From positions 1 through 64,000 of the forward strand of contig JBEKVV010000006.1 of the NCBI GenBank assembly GCA_049513715.1: a stretch of DNA of 64,000 nt. Reading direction: 5' to 3'. Positions 9,098 through 19,149 of this stretch are shown piece by piece. Each line of letters starts with the position of its first letter. Position 1 is the stretch's first letter. The notes below the pieces were generated by a model. The model made no database searches. It saw nothing but the letters and a program-made list of their open reading frames with translations, and was not told the origin of the DNA. Position numbers and translations under genes: made by a program. This stretch comes from Candidatus Bathyarchaeia archaeon. GTDB lineage: Archaea > Thermoproteota > Bathyarchaeia > 40CM-2-53-6.

Positions 9098-9378
9098 GCC
9101 CAACGAGGCTAGATGATTGGACGGATTCTTTTCCGAACCGTCCCAACGACCCTTTTTTCAGGCAAACTCATAATTTTCTCTCCGACTTGTTCCCGAGCTC
9201 TCTCATCCGTTGAGCCTCCCAATGACCAAGAGCGACTGTCAGAATTCTTTCGGCGAGATCTCTTAGTTTCACTTCCTCACACCCTTGACCGACACTTCTC
9301 CACCCCGAGTAAGGATGAGTAACGTGTTTTCCCCACAAAACTATACCACATATTGAAACCCACACCCAAGCACGCGTC

Positions 9379-9413
9379 CGTCCCATGAAAAATATGCCTA
9401 GCATATGTTATAC
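9379..9413 (+). repeat. Short dispersed repeat C, copy 2
   Basis: Matches the reverse complement of 1991-2025. Confidence 0.65.
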
Positions 9414-9473
9414 GCGAATACATGGTGCGGGGAGTTAGGTTTAGACCCACGTTTGCACCCTCATAATTCGTAT

Positions 9474-9524
9474 TCAGAGATGGGGTGGGGGATTTTGACC
9501 CCAATTTACCTGTACATATAGGCG
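9474..9524 (+). repeat. Dispersed motif B, copy 5
   Basis: TCAGAGATGGGGTGGGGGATTTTGACCCCAATTTACCTGTACATATAGGCG. Confidence 0.8.
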
Positions 9525-9701
9525 GGCGGCGTGCGGCCTGAAAGTTAACAGAATCCCCCCACCCCCGCTCCAACAAACTGGGCCCCATCATACCTAACGC
9601 CTAAACCCTGCTCGGGTTTTTCCTAAGAACCAGTCTCCACTAAGGCGGTCCAGGTCAAAGCACCTATACCGCGGAGGACTCGCTACGTACGCGAAGGCCC
9701 G

Positions 9702-12431
9702 TTGACGGAGACCACCGCGCCGCAGGAGTTGAATTGGCATGCGATGGAACCCGCAGCCGTCCTCTCCACCCTAAACTCGGACCCAAAACTAGGCCTTTCA
9801 GACGCCGAGGCCAAAGCGCGGCTGGCAATTTACGGGCCCAACGAGATTGAAGAAACAAGAAAAATCTCACCTTGGAAGCTCCTCCTAGGCCAATTCAAAG
9901 AAACCCTAGTCCTAATCCTAATTGTGGCAGCCTTAGTTTCCATAGCTATAGGCGAAGCCATAGACTCAGCAGTAATTCTCGCCATCGTAATCGCATCCGC
10001 TGGCTTAGGCTTTTACCAGGAATACAGGGCGGAACAATCCCTAGCACTTCTCAAGAAACTGGCAGCCCCAACCGCAGCAACAATCCGAGACGGGCAAGAA
10101 CTCCTACTGCCCACAAGGGAACTCGTTCCAGGCGACCTCATACTCCTCGAATCAGGGAACAAGGTCCCCGCTGATACGCGAATAATCGAGCAGATGAATC
10201 TCCAGGTTGATGAGGCAACGCTCACCGGCGAATCCGTTCCCGTCAACAAATCACCCGAACAAGTCCCCACCGAAACCCCGTTACCAGAACGAAGCAACAT
10301 CGCATACTCCGGGACAGTGGTGACGTACGGACGCGGAAAAGCTGTTGCCTACGCAACCGGCATGCGAACAGAATTCGGCAAAATTGCTCGCCTCATACAA
10401 TCCAACGAGAAGGAGAAAACACCGCTAGAGGAACGAATGGACGAGCTTGGCAACTGGATGATCAAGGTCCTCCTTGTAACCGTCGCCGGAGTCACACTCC
10501 TCGGCATTTTTCGCGGCAACGGACTAATCGACATGTTCCTGTGGGGTGTGAGCCTAGCCGTGGCTGCAGTACCCGAAGCTCTTCCAGCGGTCGTTACCGG
10601 AGCCCTAGCGGTTGGCGTATACCGAATGGCTCGGAGAAACGCCATAATCCGGCACCTGCCTGCCACAGAAACACTCGGCTCAACCTCGTTCATATGCTCC
10701 GACAAAACCGGCACCCTGACGAAAGGAGAAATGACCGTCCGCAGAATCTTCACGGGCGAGCAAACCTACGATATCACAGGCGTCGGCTACGAGCCAAAAG
10801 GGGAGTTCAATCCCGCTCCCACAGGCACAGATCGAGAGTTAGCCAAGTTCACCTGCATCTGCAGTGTACTATGTAACGACTCAAGACTAACGAAACAGAA
10901 CGGCTCATGGCGGGTTATTGGCAACCCAACCGAAGGCGCCCTAGTTGTGGCTGCAACCAAAGCAGGCATAGACGTCGAGGCGGGTCGGGCTGATTCTCCA
11001 CGAGTCGCGGAGATTCCTTTCACATCAGAAAGAAAAATGATGACTACCGTCCACAAAACGAAACAAGGCCAGTTTCTCCTCGCAACTAAAGGAGCCCCTG
11101 AACTGGTTCTTGACAAATGCACCAAAGTCGGCGGCCCAACATCAAGCACAACGTTAGACCACGCTTCGAAGCAACAAATTCTGAAAGCTAACGAGAACTT
11201 TGCGGCAGAGGGCTTTCGGGTACTCGCTGTAAGCTACAAGCTACTCAATCAACTCCCACAAGTATTGGATGAAGCAGTAGAACGTGAGATGTCCCTCCTC
11301 GGCCTCTTCGCCATGATTGACCCGCCCCGAGAAGAAGCAGCAGAGGCCGTCAAGCTCTGCGGTAAAGCAGGCATACGGGTCGTCATGATAACTGGGGACC
11401 AGAAACTCACAGCCACATGGGTCGCGAAGGAACTCGGAATTTTGAGAGAGGGCGACCTAGCACTCACCGGGGTGGAACTGGGGAAACTAAACGACGACGA
11501 GTTCTTGCAAATGATTGAGAAGGTTTCCGTGTACTCCCGCACGTCGCCTGAGCATAAGATGCGCATTGTCGCCGCTCTGAAGAAGAGGGGGCACATTGTG
11601 GCAATGACGGGCGACGGTATCAATGACGCCCCAGCTCTGAAGAAGTCAGATATCGGCATATCCATGGGCGTAACTGGCACCGACGTGACGAAAGAAGCCT
11701 CGGACATGATTCTGGCCGACGACAACTTCGCAACCATAGTCGACGCTGTCTACGAAGGCAGGGGCATTTACGAGAACATCCGGAAATACTTGACGTACCT
11801 GATTTCAGCGAACATTGGCGAAATCCTCATCATGGCTCTCGCAGGCCTCATCGCGCTCCCACTCCCGCTCTTAGCGAAACACTTGCTCTTCGTAAACTTG
11901 GCCACAGACGGTCTGCCCGCTCTCGCCTTGGGAACAGATCCACCAGACCCACTCCTGATGGAGAAGCCGCCGAGAAACCCGAAAGAAACTATATTCCAGA
12001 CAGTGCGTGGTTGGTTAGCTGGAATCGCTCTCTTACTGCTAATCGTCGCGACCGTTGCGTTTGCGTATGGGCTACTCAGCTACGGGTGGGCGTTCAGCAA
12101 TCCAGTCCAATTGGCTGAACTTAAAGCACGAAGCATGGTCTTCGCTGTAATCGTATTCTTCGAAATCTTCTACGCGTTCAGCTGCCGGTCTTTCGACCGA
12201 ACCTTCATCTCCCTAGGACCACTAGGTAACAAATCACTCGTTCTAGTGGTCGTTGGCCAAGCAATTATCATGCCGTTCCTCTTCCAAATTCCAATTCTGG
12301 CAAATCTCTTCAGCATCACAGCGCTCTCCCCAATTGAATGGTTAATTGTACTCGCCCTGGGCTCTTTGGGCTTCGTTGTCAGCGAAATAGCCAAAGTCCT
12401 TCGTCACAAAATCCATCGAGTTTCCAATTGA
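9702..12431 (+). CDS. P-type ATPase, type IIA (Ca2+-transporting-like)
   Basis: TGES, VPEAL, DKTGT, KGAPE, TGDGINDAPAL motifs. Confidence 0.95.
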   Translation: MTETTAPQELNWHAMEPAAVLSTLNSDPKLGLSDAEAKARLAIYGPNEIEETRKISPWKLLLGQFKETLVLILIVAALVSIAIGEAIDSAVILAIVIASAGLGFYQEYRAEQSLALLKKLAAPTAATIRDGQELLLPTRELVPGDLILLESGNKVPADTRIIEQMNLQVDEATLTGESVPVNKSPEQVPTETPLPERSNIAYSGTVVTYGRGKAVAYATGMRTEFGKIARLIQSNEKEKTPLEERMDELGNWMIKVLLVTVAGVTLLGIFRGNGLIDMFLWGVSLAVAAVPEALPAVVTGALAVGVYRMARRNAIIRHLPATETLGSTSFICSDKTGTLTKGEMTVRRIFTGEQTYDITGVGYEPKGEFNPAPTGTDRELAKFTCICSVLCNDSRLTKQNGSWRVIGNPTEGALVVAATKAGIDVEAGRADSPRVAEIPFTSERKMMTTVHKTKQGQFLLATKGAPELVLDKCTKVGGPTSSTTLDHASKQQILKANENFAAEGFRVLAVSYKLLNQLPQVLDEAVEREMSLLGLFAMIDPPREEAAEAVKLCGKAGIRVVMITGDQKLTATWVAKELGILREGDLALTGVELGKLNDDEFLQMIEKVSVYSRTSPEHKMRIVAALKKRGHIVAMTGDGINDAPALKKSDIGISMGVTGTDVTKEASDMILADDNFATIVDAVYEGRGIYENIRKYLTYLISANIGEILIMALAGLIALPLPLLAKHLLFVNLATDGLPALALGTDPPDPLLMEKPPRNPKETIFQTVRGWLAGIALLLLIVATVAFAYGLLSYGWAFSNPVQLAELKARSMVFAVIVFFEIFYAFSCRSFDRTFISLGPLGNKSLVLVVVGQAIIMPFLFQIPILANLFSITALSPIEWLIVLALGSLGFVVSEIAKVLRHKIHRVSN

Positions 12432-12521
12432 CTAGGCTTAAGGTTACGTCTTGTCGAGGTCGAGTTGCTGGTCCTCGCTGGTTCCTTTACAACCGGAAGA
12501 GTACGCTAGCCTAAACCCGTC

Positions 12522-13100
12522 TCAAAGTTGCTTCAGGTCTTCTGGTGTATCCACGTCCCTGAGAACATTCTCAGAGTTCGTCTCAACCAGTCGTACGTCT
12601 GCAGCATGATTCGTCAAGACCGACTTCAAACCGTAGGTCTGTTCATCGATCCCTTGAATTTCCTTGAATAGCTCTTTTGACAGAAGGATCGGGTGTCCAG
12701 GTTTATTCTGGTAAGCCGCGACAACTATCGGCCCATTTTCCCGATTGTATTCCTCCACAACCAAGTTAATTGAACGAGTATCTATCTTGGCAACATCCCC
12801 GGGCAGGATCAATATTGCGCGCGTACCTTCTGCCACCTCATTCAGCCCAACTTTCACAGAGCTGCTCTGTCCCTCTTCGTAACTCTCGTTGACAACAAAA
12901 CGGCACGGAAGTTCCGATAGCGCGTCCCGCACTTTGGCCTCTTCCCAACCAAGCACAACTATCACCTCATCAACTTGGGAGCTCAGAGCTGTTTCAACAA
13001 CCCTTCTGACCATTGCTTTGCCTGCAACTTTCGCGAGAAGCTTGTTCCTACCACGCATTCGCGTTGACTTTCCGGCCGCCAAAACAATCAGGGACAGCAT
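12522..13100 (-). CDS. mocA: Molybdenum cofactor cytidylyltransferase-like nucleotidyltransferase
   Basis: LAAGKSTRM..NKLL, GQSSS, GHPIL, DVDTPED. Confidence 0.8.
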   Translation of the reverse strand: MLSLIVLAAGKSTRMRGRNKLLAKVAGKAMVRRVVETALSSQVDEVIVVLGWEEAKVRDALSELPCRFVVNESYEEGQSSSVKVGLNEVAEGTRAILILPGDVAKIDTRSINLVVEEYNRENGPIVVAAYQNKPGHPILLSKELFKEIQGIDEQTYGLKSVLTNHAADVRLVETNSENVLRDVDTPEDLKQL

Positions 13101-13118
13101 AATGTCGTGCTCTCCATT

Positions 13119-14459
13119 CTACAGTGACATGGGCAGGAATTGTGCTGTGCCAGGTTTGCCCACTACCTCTCCTTCTTGAAAAACAATTTCTCCCCTTAAC
13201 ATAGTCAAAACGGGCCAACCTTTCAAAACTCGCCCTTCGTATGGCGTCCAACCGACCTTGTAATGCAGATGCTCGGCACGGACCTTTTTCTTCATTTTCA
13301 GGTCAACGATAACTAAATCCGCGTCAGCACCCTTCCGAATTGCACCTTTCCTCGGATAGAGGCCGAAGATTCGCGCCGGGTTCTCGCAACAAACCCGATT
13401 AAGATCACAAAGGCTCAGGCGGGATTTGTTCACCCCTTCGCTGAGGAGCACGGGGAGCATTGTTTCAATGGTTGGGACGCCCCCCCACGCTTTCCAAATA
13501 TCCGCCCGTCCCACCTCCTTCTCCCAGCGTTCACCGGGCGCGTGTTCTGAGGTAACTATGTCCACCGTTCCGTTTCTCAAGCCCCTCCACAGTGCTTGAA
13601 CATCTTCAGGGCCTTTCAGGGACGGGTTCATTTTGAGGTATGGGCCTTGCTTCTTCATGTCCTTCCTAGTAAATGTCAGATAGTGAGGGCATGTTTCAGC
13701 GGTCACTTTGACTCGTCGTCTCTTAGCTTTCTTGACGATATCAACGCCTTCTGCCGTTGACATATGGGAAATGTGAAGCCTTCCTCGAATACCAGCTGCC
13801 ATGTCGACCATTTTCCTTACAGCCTTCTCTTCTGCACTGTTAGGTTTCCACTCGGAGTGAGCCGACGGGTCTTTTCGGCCGGCGGCTGTTAGGGCTTGGT
13901 AGTTACGCTCAGCGATTTCTTCGTCCTCTGCGTGCACATTCAAAATCGAACTGCGCCTGGCGGTTTCGCGTAGAAGAGACATCAATGTGTGGTCGTCAGC
14001 GTAGTAGGGTTTGCAGGTGAAAGTCTTGAAAGAACGCACACCCCTCTTCGAGATTCCTTCAATGTTGATCAGGTTGTCTCTGTTCATCATTCCGGCGTGA
14101 AGAGAAAAATCGATAATTGATCTTCGCCTGCCCTCAGCGATTTTGGTGTCCACTCGATCTGGCGAGTCGACGGGCGTGGATAGTACCATCTCAACCACAC
14201 TAGTTATGCCGCCTGCAGCTGCAGCAGTTGTGCCACTAGTGAAATCCTCACGCTTAGTGAACGCGGGGTCGTGTAGGTGTGCGTGCCCATCAACCAAGCC
14301 AGGCAGTACCAGTTTACCTTCGGCATCTATGATGTGATCGGCTTGGGAAAACTCACTCTTGCCAATCGCTTTGACCTTGCCATCCTCGATCAAAATGTTG
14401 GCATTGATGAGTTGACGTCCAGAAATCATTCGGCCGTTCCCAATTACTGTGCGTGTCAA
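13119..14459 (-). CDS. Cyclic amidohydrolase (allantoinase/dihydroorotase/hydantoinase family)
   Basis: PGLVDGHAH, AAAAGG, VHAED, ETCPHYL, KMNP, GADADL. Confidence 0.9.
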   Translation of the reverse strand: MTRTVIGNGRMISGRQLINANILIEDGKVKAIGKSEFSQADHIIDAEGKLVLPGLVDGHAHLHDPAFTKREDFTSGTTAAAAGGITSVVEMVLSTPVDSPDRVDTKIAEGRRRSIIDFSLHAGMMNRDNLINIEGISKRGVRSFKTFTCKPYYADDHTLMSLLRETARRSSILNVHAEDEEIAERNYQALTAAGRKDPSAHSEWKPNSAEEKAVRKMVDMAAGIRGRLHISHMSTAEGVDIVKKAKRRRVKVTAETCPHYLTFTRKDMKKQGPYLKMNPSLKGPEDVQALWRGLRNGTVDIVTSEHAPGERWEKEVGRADIWKAWGGVPTIETMLPVLLSEGVNKSRLSLCDLNRVCCENPARIFGLYPRKGAIRKGADADLVIVDLKMKKKVRAEHLHYKVGWTPYEGRVLKGWPVLTMLRGEIVFQEGEVVGKPGTAQFLPMSL

Positions 14460-14465
14460 TTATGC

Positions 14466-15122
14466 TCACTTCTTATTCTTCGGCGCCGCGGGGTTATGGT
14501 GGGGCCGTAAGCCACCATGCAGAAGGTGATCTTCAATTGTGTGAGTCAGTGCCTCCCCCATTGCTCGATATCCTGATGCGTCAGGGTGGAGTCCTTCAGG
14601 CGAACTGCGCAAGCGGTCAGGGTTGTTTGGGTCTGCAACAGCGCGGTTTGTGTCACATACTGGAATTCCAAGTCCAATGGCTGTGTCGCTTATCCAGCGA
14701 TTTAACTCATGGACCGCGTCTCTTTCAGGCTCTGAAGTTGAATTGTAGGGTAAGACTGTGGCGGCCACAGGAATGATCTTAGCCCTAATCGCCTCTTGGT
14801 ACATTGCGAGAAGGTTAGTTTTGACTGCTCTTTGTGGGGCGCCTTGGTACACGTCGTTCACGCCTGCAAGTACTATGACGTAATCTGGTCGTTCCCGTAT
14901 AACGTCTCGCTCAAATCGCTCTAGAATTTCGTCGGTTCTTTGGCCGTTGACTCCTCGATTTAGCACAGTCCATTCAGGATGAACAGCGCTCATCCAGTAT
15001 GCGTACTGGCTCTCCGGGTTGCCTAGACCCTTAGGGGGTGACTCAAGCGGAGACAGAAATCCAGGTGTTCCCGCCGTCGTCGAATCTCCCACTGCAACTA
15101 CGCGTAGTTTCCGTGTGGCCAA
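14466..15122 (-). CDS. SGNH/GDSL hydrolase
   Basis: GDSTT, NRGVNG, AGVND, EGLHP blocks. Confidence 0.9.
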   Translation of the reverse strand: MATRKLRVVAVGDSTTAGTPGFLSPLESPPKGLGNPESQYAYWMSAVHPEWTVLNRGVNGQRTDEILERFERDVIRERPDYVIVLAGVNDVYQGAPQRAVKTNLLAMYQEAIRAKIIPVAATVLPYNSTSEPERDAVHELNRWISDTAIGLGIPVCDTNRAVADPNNPDRLRSSPEGLHPDASGYRAMGEALTHTIEDHLLHGGLRPHHNPAAPKNKK

Positions 15123-15195
15123 AACGCTTCACGCTAGTGAATCATAAATAACGGAGAAATAGATGGGCCACAGATGACTAGAGCAGCGTATTGGT

Positions 15196-17499
15196 TTGAT
15201 TCGAAAGTCAAAGCTATTGTCCGTTCTTTTTGTAATCTTGCTGGTAATAGTCCTAGCCTTCAACAGTGCGAGCGCCACGCATTTCGGCACATTTGACACT
15301 GGTGACTTTTCTGTCTCTGTTTCACCAAACACTCTGAGCGTGAACCAGGGCTCCACAGGGACAACCGCCGTCACTATTACTTCTTTGATTCATTTCAGTG
15401 CACCAGTCACCGTAACGATTTCAGGGTTACCCGCCAGCGTTTCGGCGGGCTTCGGAACAAACCCGCTTACACCTCCAGAAGGAGCTACCGCATCCTCATC
15501 CCTCCTCATTGGAGTTGGAGGTAGTGTTCCAGCTACAAGTTACCCCCTCATAATGTCCGGGTCAAACGGAACGCTAACCCACTCAACCGTCTTGACTTTG
15601 ACCGTTGTATCATCAGGGCCGTCTCCGGATTTCACGATTACAATCTCGCCGTCGACCATCACAATCCCTGAAAGTGTGTCGACCACGACGACTGCTACAA
15701 TAACCTCAGTGGGCGCCTTCTCCTCTCCAGTAAGCTTGTCAGCCTCAGGGGTTCCTTCAGGTCTAAACCTGGCTTTTGAAACAGATCCGGTGGTGCCGCC
15801 AGCTGGAGGCTCAGTGGATTCCGCAATCTCTCTAATACTCCAGCCTTGGGTTGCACCGGGGCCATACTCGATTAAGGTGACTGGGACGAGCGGTAGCCTC
15901 ACTCACTCTGCCACCCTCGGCTTGTTCATAGCCCCATTAGAAGATTACCAACTCACCGTGAATCCAACAGCACTCTCATTAACGCAAGGTGCAAGCGCGT
16001 CGACCACTATCACGCTGTCCTCATACAACGGTTACGGTTCTCCTATTCAGCTTTCAACATTTTGGGTCGGCTCGACGCCTTATGGAGTATCTGTTTACAC
16101 TCCCTCGGCCATACCGCCACAAAACTATGGCCCAGTGTCCCTAACACTTACGATTGCTGCAAGCACAACTGCTTCAATTGGAAGTTATACTCTCCGTGTC
16201 ACTGGAGTTAGCGGCCCGATTCCCCATAGCGTGGACATCAGCATTCAAATCACCAGTGCGGCTCAACCCAATCAAGACTTCACCATTACGACAAATCCTC
16301 AATCAATTACGATCGTTCAAAGTTCACAGGGCAGTGTAATTGTGACCGTACAATCTCTGGGAACCTTCTCATCGCCCGTAACCATTTCAACCTCGGGCGT
16401 CCCGGTCGGAGCTTCAGTGGTTTTCAGCACAAATTCAATCACACCCGCCCCCGGCGGAACCACACAATCCACCATGACCATTACGACCTCTTCAACGGTC
16501 AATCCAACAACTTATGCGATCATGGTAACTGGCCTCAGCGGGTCGATTTTTCATAGCACTAGCCTAATCTTGACCGTTACTTCTGCGGCAACCCCGGACT
16601 TTTCACTATCTTCGTCGAATGCGGTCATACCGGTGGCTCAAGGCCAGAGTAGCACAGGCACGATCACAGTGAACTCTCATGATGGCTTTAGCTCACCTGT
16701 TTCATTGTCAACTTCGTGGCTGTCAACAAGTCCCGCAGGTGTCACCCTGAACATCTTCAGCCCAGTCGTGCCTGCACCAAACGGCGCCGTTTATTCAACC
16801 TTAACCATAACAGCTGGTGGCAGTGCTCCAATTGGAAACTTCACGGTCAGAATAGTAGGAATGAGTGGGGTCCTCACTGATTTCTTTGACGTCGTTGTGG
16901 AGATCAATGCTCCGAAGTGTGTTATTGCAACAGCCACATACGGCTCTGAGCTTTCACCTGAGGTTCGGTTTCTCCGAAACTTCCGTGACAACATGATTCT
17001 GAAGACTAACGTCGGCTCCAATTTCATGTTGGCCTTCAACGTGTGGTACTATTCGTTCAGCCCAACTGTTGCCCAATCCATAGCTGGAAATTCCGCACTC
17101 AAGACCGGCATGAAATATGTGCTCTACCCAGTAATTTCAATTCTCGAGTTCGGAGCTAGCGCGTTCAATGTCGTCCCAGGTAATCCTGAAGCGGGCGCTG
17201 TAATCTCGGGGCTGATCATTAGTTCACTTATTGGCGCAACTTACATCGCCTTTCCTGTTACACTCCTTTTGACGCGCACCCGCAAAGCGAAACTTGCCGC
17301 AAAGAGGTTGCAAAAGCCAGCGGCTGTTGCGGTCGTTGCGGGACTTGTCACTCTCACGTTGGCTGAATTCGTCGGAGGATCATCCACTGTGTTGGTTTTA
17401 GCTGCTTCAGTGCTGGTTCTTGCTACAATCGCTCTTTCAGGCCTGCTTACCTCAAGGATTGTGCTTCAGACTCTGTCTGTTATCCGTCGGAAGTTCTGA
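15196..17499 (+). CDS. Secreted surface protein with five Ig-like repeats and CFI-box-CTERM anchor
   Basis: Signal peptide; repeats starting DFSVSVSP, DFTITISP, DYQLTVNP, DFTITTNP, DFSLSSSN; CVIATATYGSELSPEVRFLRNFRD followed by TM helices. Confidence 0.88.
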   Translation: MIRKSKLLSVLFVILLVIVLAFNSASATHFGTFDTGDFSVSVSPNTLSVNQGSTGTTAVTITSLIHFSAPVTVTISGLPASVSAGFGTNPLTPPEGATASSSLLIGVGGSVPATSYPLIMSGSNGTLTHSTVLTLTVVSSGPSPDFTITISPSTITIPESVSTTTTATITSVGAFSSPVSLSASGVPSGLNLAFETDPVVPPAGGSVDSAISLILQPWVAPGPYSIKVTGTSGSLTHSATLGLFIAPLEDYQLTVNPTALSLTQGASASTTITLSSYNGYGSPIQLSTFWVGSTPYGVSVYTPSAIPPQNYGPVSLTLTIAASTTASIGSYTLRVTGVSGPIPHSVDISIQITSAAQPNQDFTITTNPQSITIVQSSQGSVIVTVQSLGTFSSPVTISTSGVPVGASVVFSTNSITPAPGGTTQSTMTITTSSTVNPTTYAIMVTGLSGSIFHSTSLILTVTSAATPDFSLSSSNAVIPVAQGQSSTGTITVNSHDGFSSPVSLSTSWLSTSPAGVTLNIFSPVVPAPNGAVYSTLTITAGGSAPIGNFTVRIVGMSGVLTDFFDVVVEINAPKCVIATATYGSELSPEVRFLRNFRDNMILKTNVGSNFMLAFNVWYYSFSPTVAQSIAGNSALKTGMKYVLYPVISILEFGASAFNVVPGNPEAGAVISGLIISSLIGATYIAFPVTLLLTRTRKAKLAAKRLQKPAAVAVVAGLVTLTLAEFVGGSSTVLVLAASVLVLATIALSGLLTSRIVLQTLSVIRRKF

Positions 17500-17630
17500 T
17501 GCGTCCTCCTCGCTTTTTTCGACCAGTCGAAACAATCAAGTCAACTACAACATCGAAGAAACGGGTTGATCAACCCAATAGGCCTCCCGTGAGCATCTCC
17601 TAACCCTTTTTATCGACTGAGACGCCACGT

Positions 17631-19019
17631 TTGGCTTGGTCTCACCCTTTGCCAGAGCTTCTCGTGAAAGACGGCGTTGTAGTTACAATGGATGGTCAGC
17701 GGCGGATTCTGGAGGGCCACTCCATCGCTATCGCAGACGGCCGAATTGTTGAGGTCGGCAAAACGGGGGATCTCAAGAAGAAACACGCATCAGCGGAGGT
17801 TATCGATGCCACGGGCCGCATCGTGATGCCCGGAATCATATGCAGCCACTCACATCTCTACGGAATGCTACTGCGGGGAGCTTCGCTCAAGATATCGCCC
17901 CCATCAGACTTCACCCAAGTCCTTCAGAGGGTGTGGTGGCCAGTTGACGAAGCGCTAACCTTCGAGGACGCCTATGCAAGCGCACTTGCAGCGTCTGTTG
18001 AATTCGCCAAGGCTGGCGTAACAACATTCGCCGACACATACTCAGGCCCCAACTCAATCTCAGGGGTCCTTGACCACATCGCAAAGGCTGTTGACGAGGT
18101 CGGTATTCGAGGGTTCCTAGCTTTCGAAGCAACCGAACGCCACTCAAAAGACGAAGGTCTCAAAGGTGCCCAAGAGAACGTGCGCTTTGCCGAGAAGATA
18201 AGTACGAACCCAGCGAGCAAAACCAAGCCGCTGTTCAGCCTTCACGCCTCCTTCACCGTCTCCAACGATTTAATCACGCAAGTCAGGAAGCTCGCATCAA
18301 AGTATCACGCCCCAATCACCATTCACGTATCCGAGGGCTTGGGCGACCTCTACCATAACCTAGAGAACTATGGCCAGAGAACTGTAGAGCGTCTGCGAGA
18401 TGTGGGTCTACTTGGGCCCAATGTTGTTTTGGCACATTGCGTCAACGTAAGCGAGCATGAAATTGATATTATCGCAGAAACCCGCACCGGGGTCGCCCAT
18501 AACCCCATGAGCAACATGCTGAACGCGGTGGGCGTCGCACCAATTCTGCGTATGCTTGAAAAGAACGTTAACGTTGGGCTGGGGAATGATGGCTACATCT
18601 TCGACATGTTCGAAAACATGCGAACGGCATACCTGATTCATCGCGTTCACCACAAGAACCCTAACGCCATCGACCCATACACGCTCCTAGAAATGGTCAC
18701 CATCAATGGAGCAAAGCTCTACGGGATGGAAAAGGAGATTGGGTCAATAGAGCTAGGGAAGAAAGCGGACATCATCATCATCAAACCGCAACTTCTGCCG
18801 ACACCCTTGAATGCAAACAGCGTCGTCGGGCATTTGATCAACACTGTAGATGGCGACGATGTGGAGCACGTGTTAGTTGAAGGTGCACCCGTAGTCAAGA
18901 ACAAACGTCTCACAACCTTCGATGAGGAGAAAGCTCAATCCATCTCGCAGAATGCGGCTGCGAAACTCTGGACTCGACTGGAATCGAGTGGCCCCCAAGT
19001 AGACCCACTCAAAAAGTAA
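17631..19019 (+). CDS. SsnA/TRZ-ATZ family amidohydrolase (deaminase-like)
   Basis: PGIICSHSHLY, IHVSE, LAHCV, HNPMSNM, GNDG. Confidence 0.88.
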   Translation: MAWSHPLPELLVKDGVVVTMDGQRRILEGHSIAIADGRIVEVGKTGDLKKKHASAEVIDATGRIVMPGIICSHSHLYGMLLRGASLKISPPSDFTQVLQRVWWPVDEALTFEDAYASALAASVEFAKAGVTTFADTYSGPNSISGVLDHIAKAVDEVGIRGFLAFEATERHSKDEGLKGAQENVRFAEKISTNPASKTKPLFSLHASFTVSNDLITQVRKLASKYHAPITIHVSEGLGDLYHNLENYGQRTVERLRDVGLLGPNVVLAHCVNVSEHEIDIIAETRTGVAHNPMSNMLNAVGVAPILRMLEKNVNVGLGNDGYIFDMFENMRTAYLIHRVHHKNPNAIDPYTLLEMVTINGAKLYGMEKEIGSIELGKKADIIIIKPQLLPTPLNANSVVGHLINTVDGDDVEHVLVEGAPVVKNKRLTTFDEEKAQSISQNAAAKLWTRLESSGPQVDPLKK

Positions 19020-19149
19020 TCCCATCCATCGGACTTGTTCCTGAGATGTGTGGCCGAACGCAAGAGCAGATTGGAATTCAAAATATGTGGGGGCCTTAGT
19101 TTTGTTGAGTGCCTGGCCCACTAGGCTGGAGTCACGAACAGATAGGTGA

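Noticed and set aside
2454..9524. Motif B as integron attC sites
   Set aside because: No RYYYAAC...GTTRRRY box pairing, mixed orientation, and no integron integrase in the window.
13101..13121. Amidohydrolase-MocA fusion through an in-frame TAG
   Set aside because: In frame, but mocA has its own ATG at the expected N-terminus; a one-in-three coincidence.
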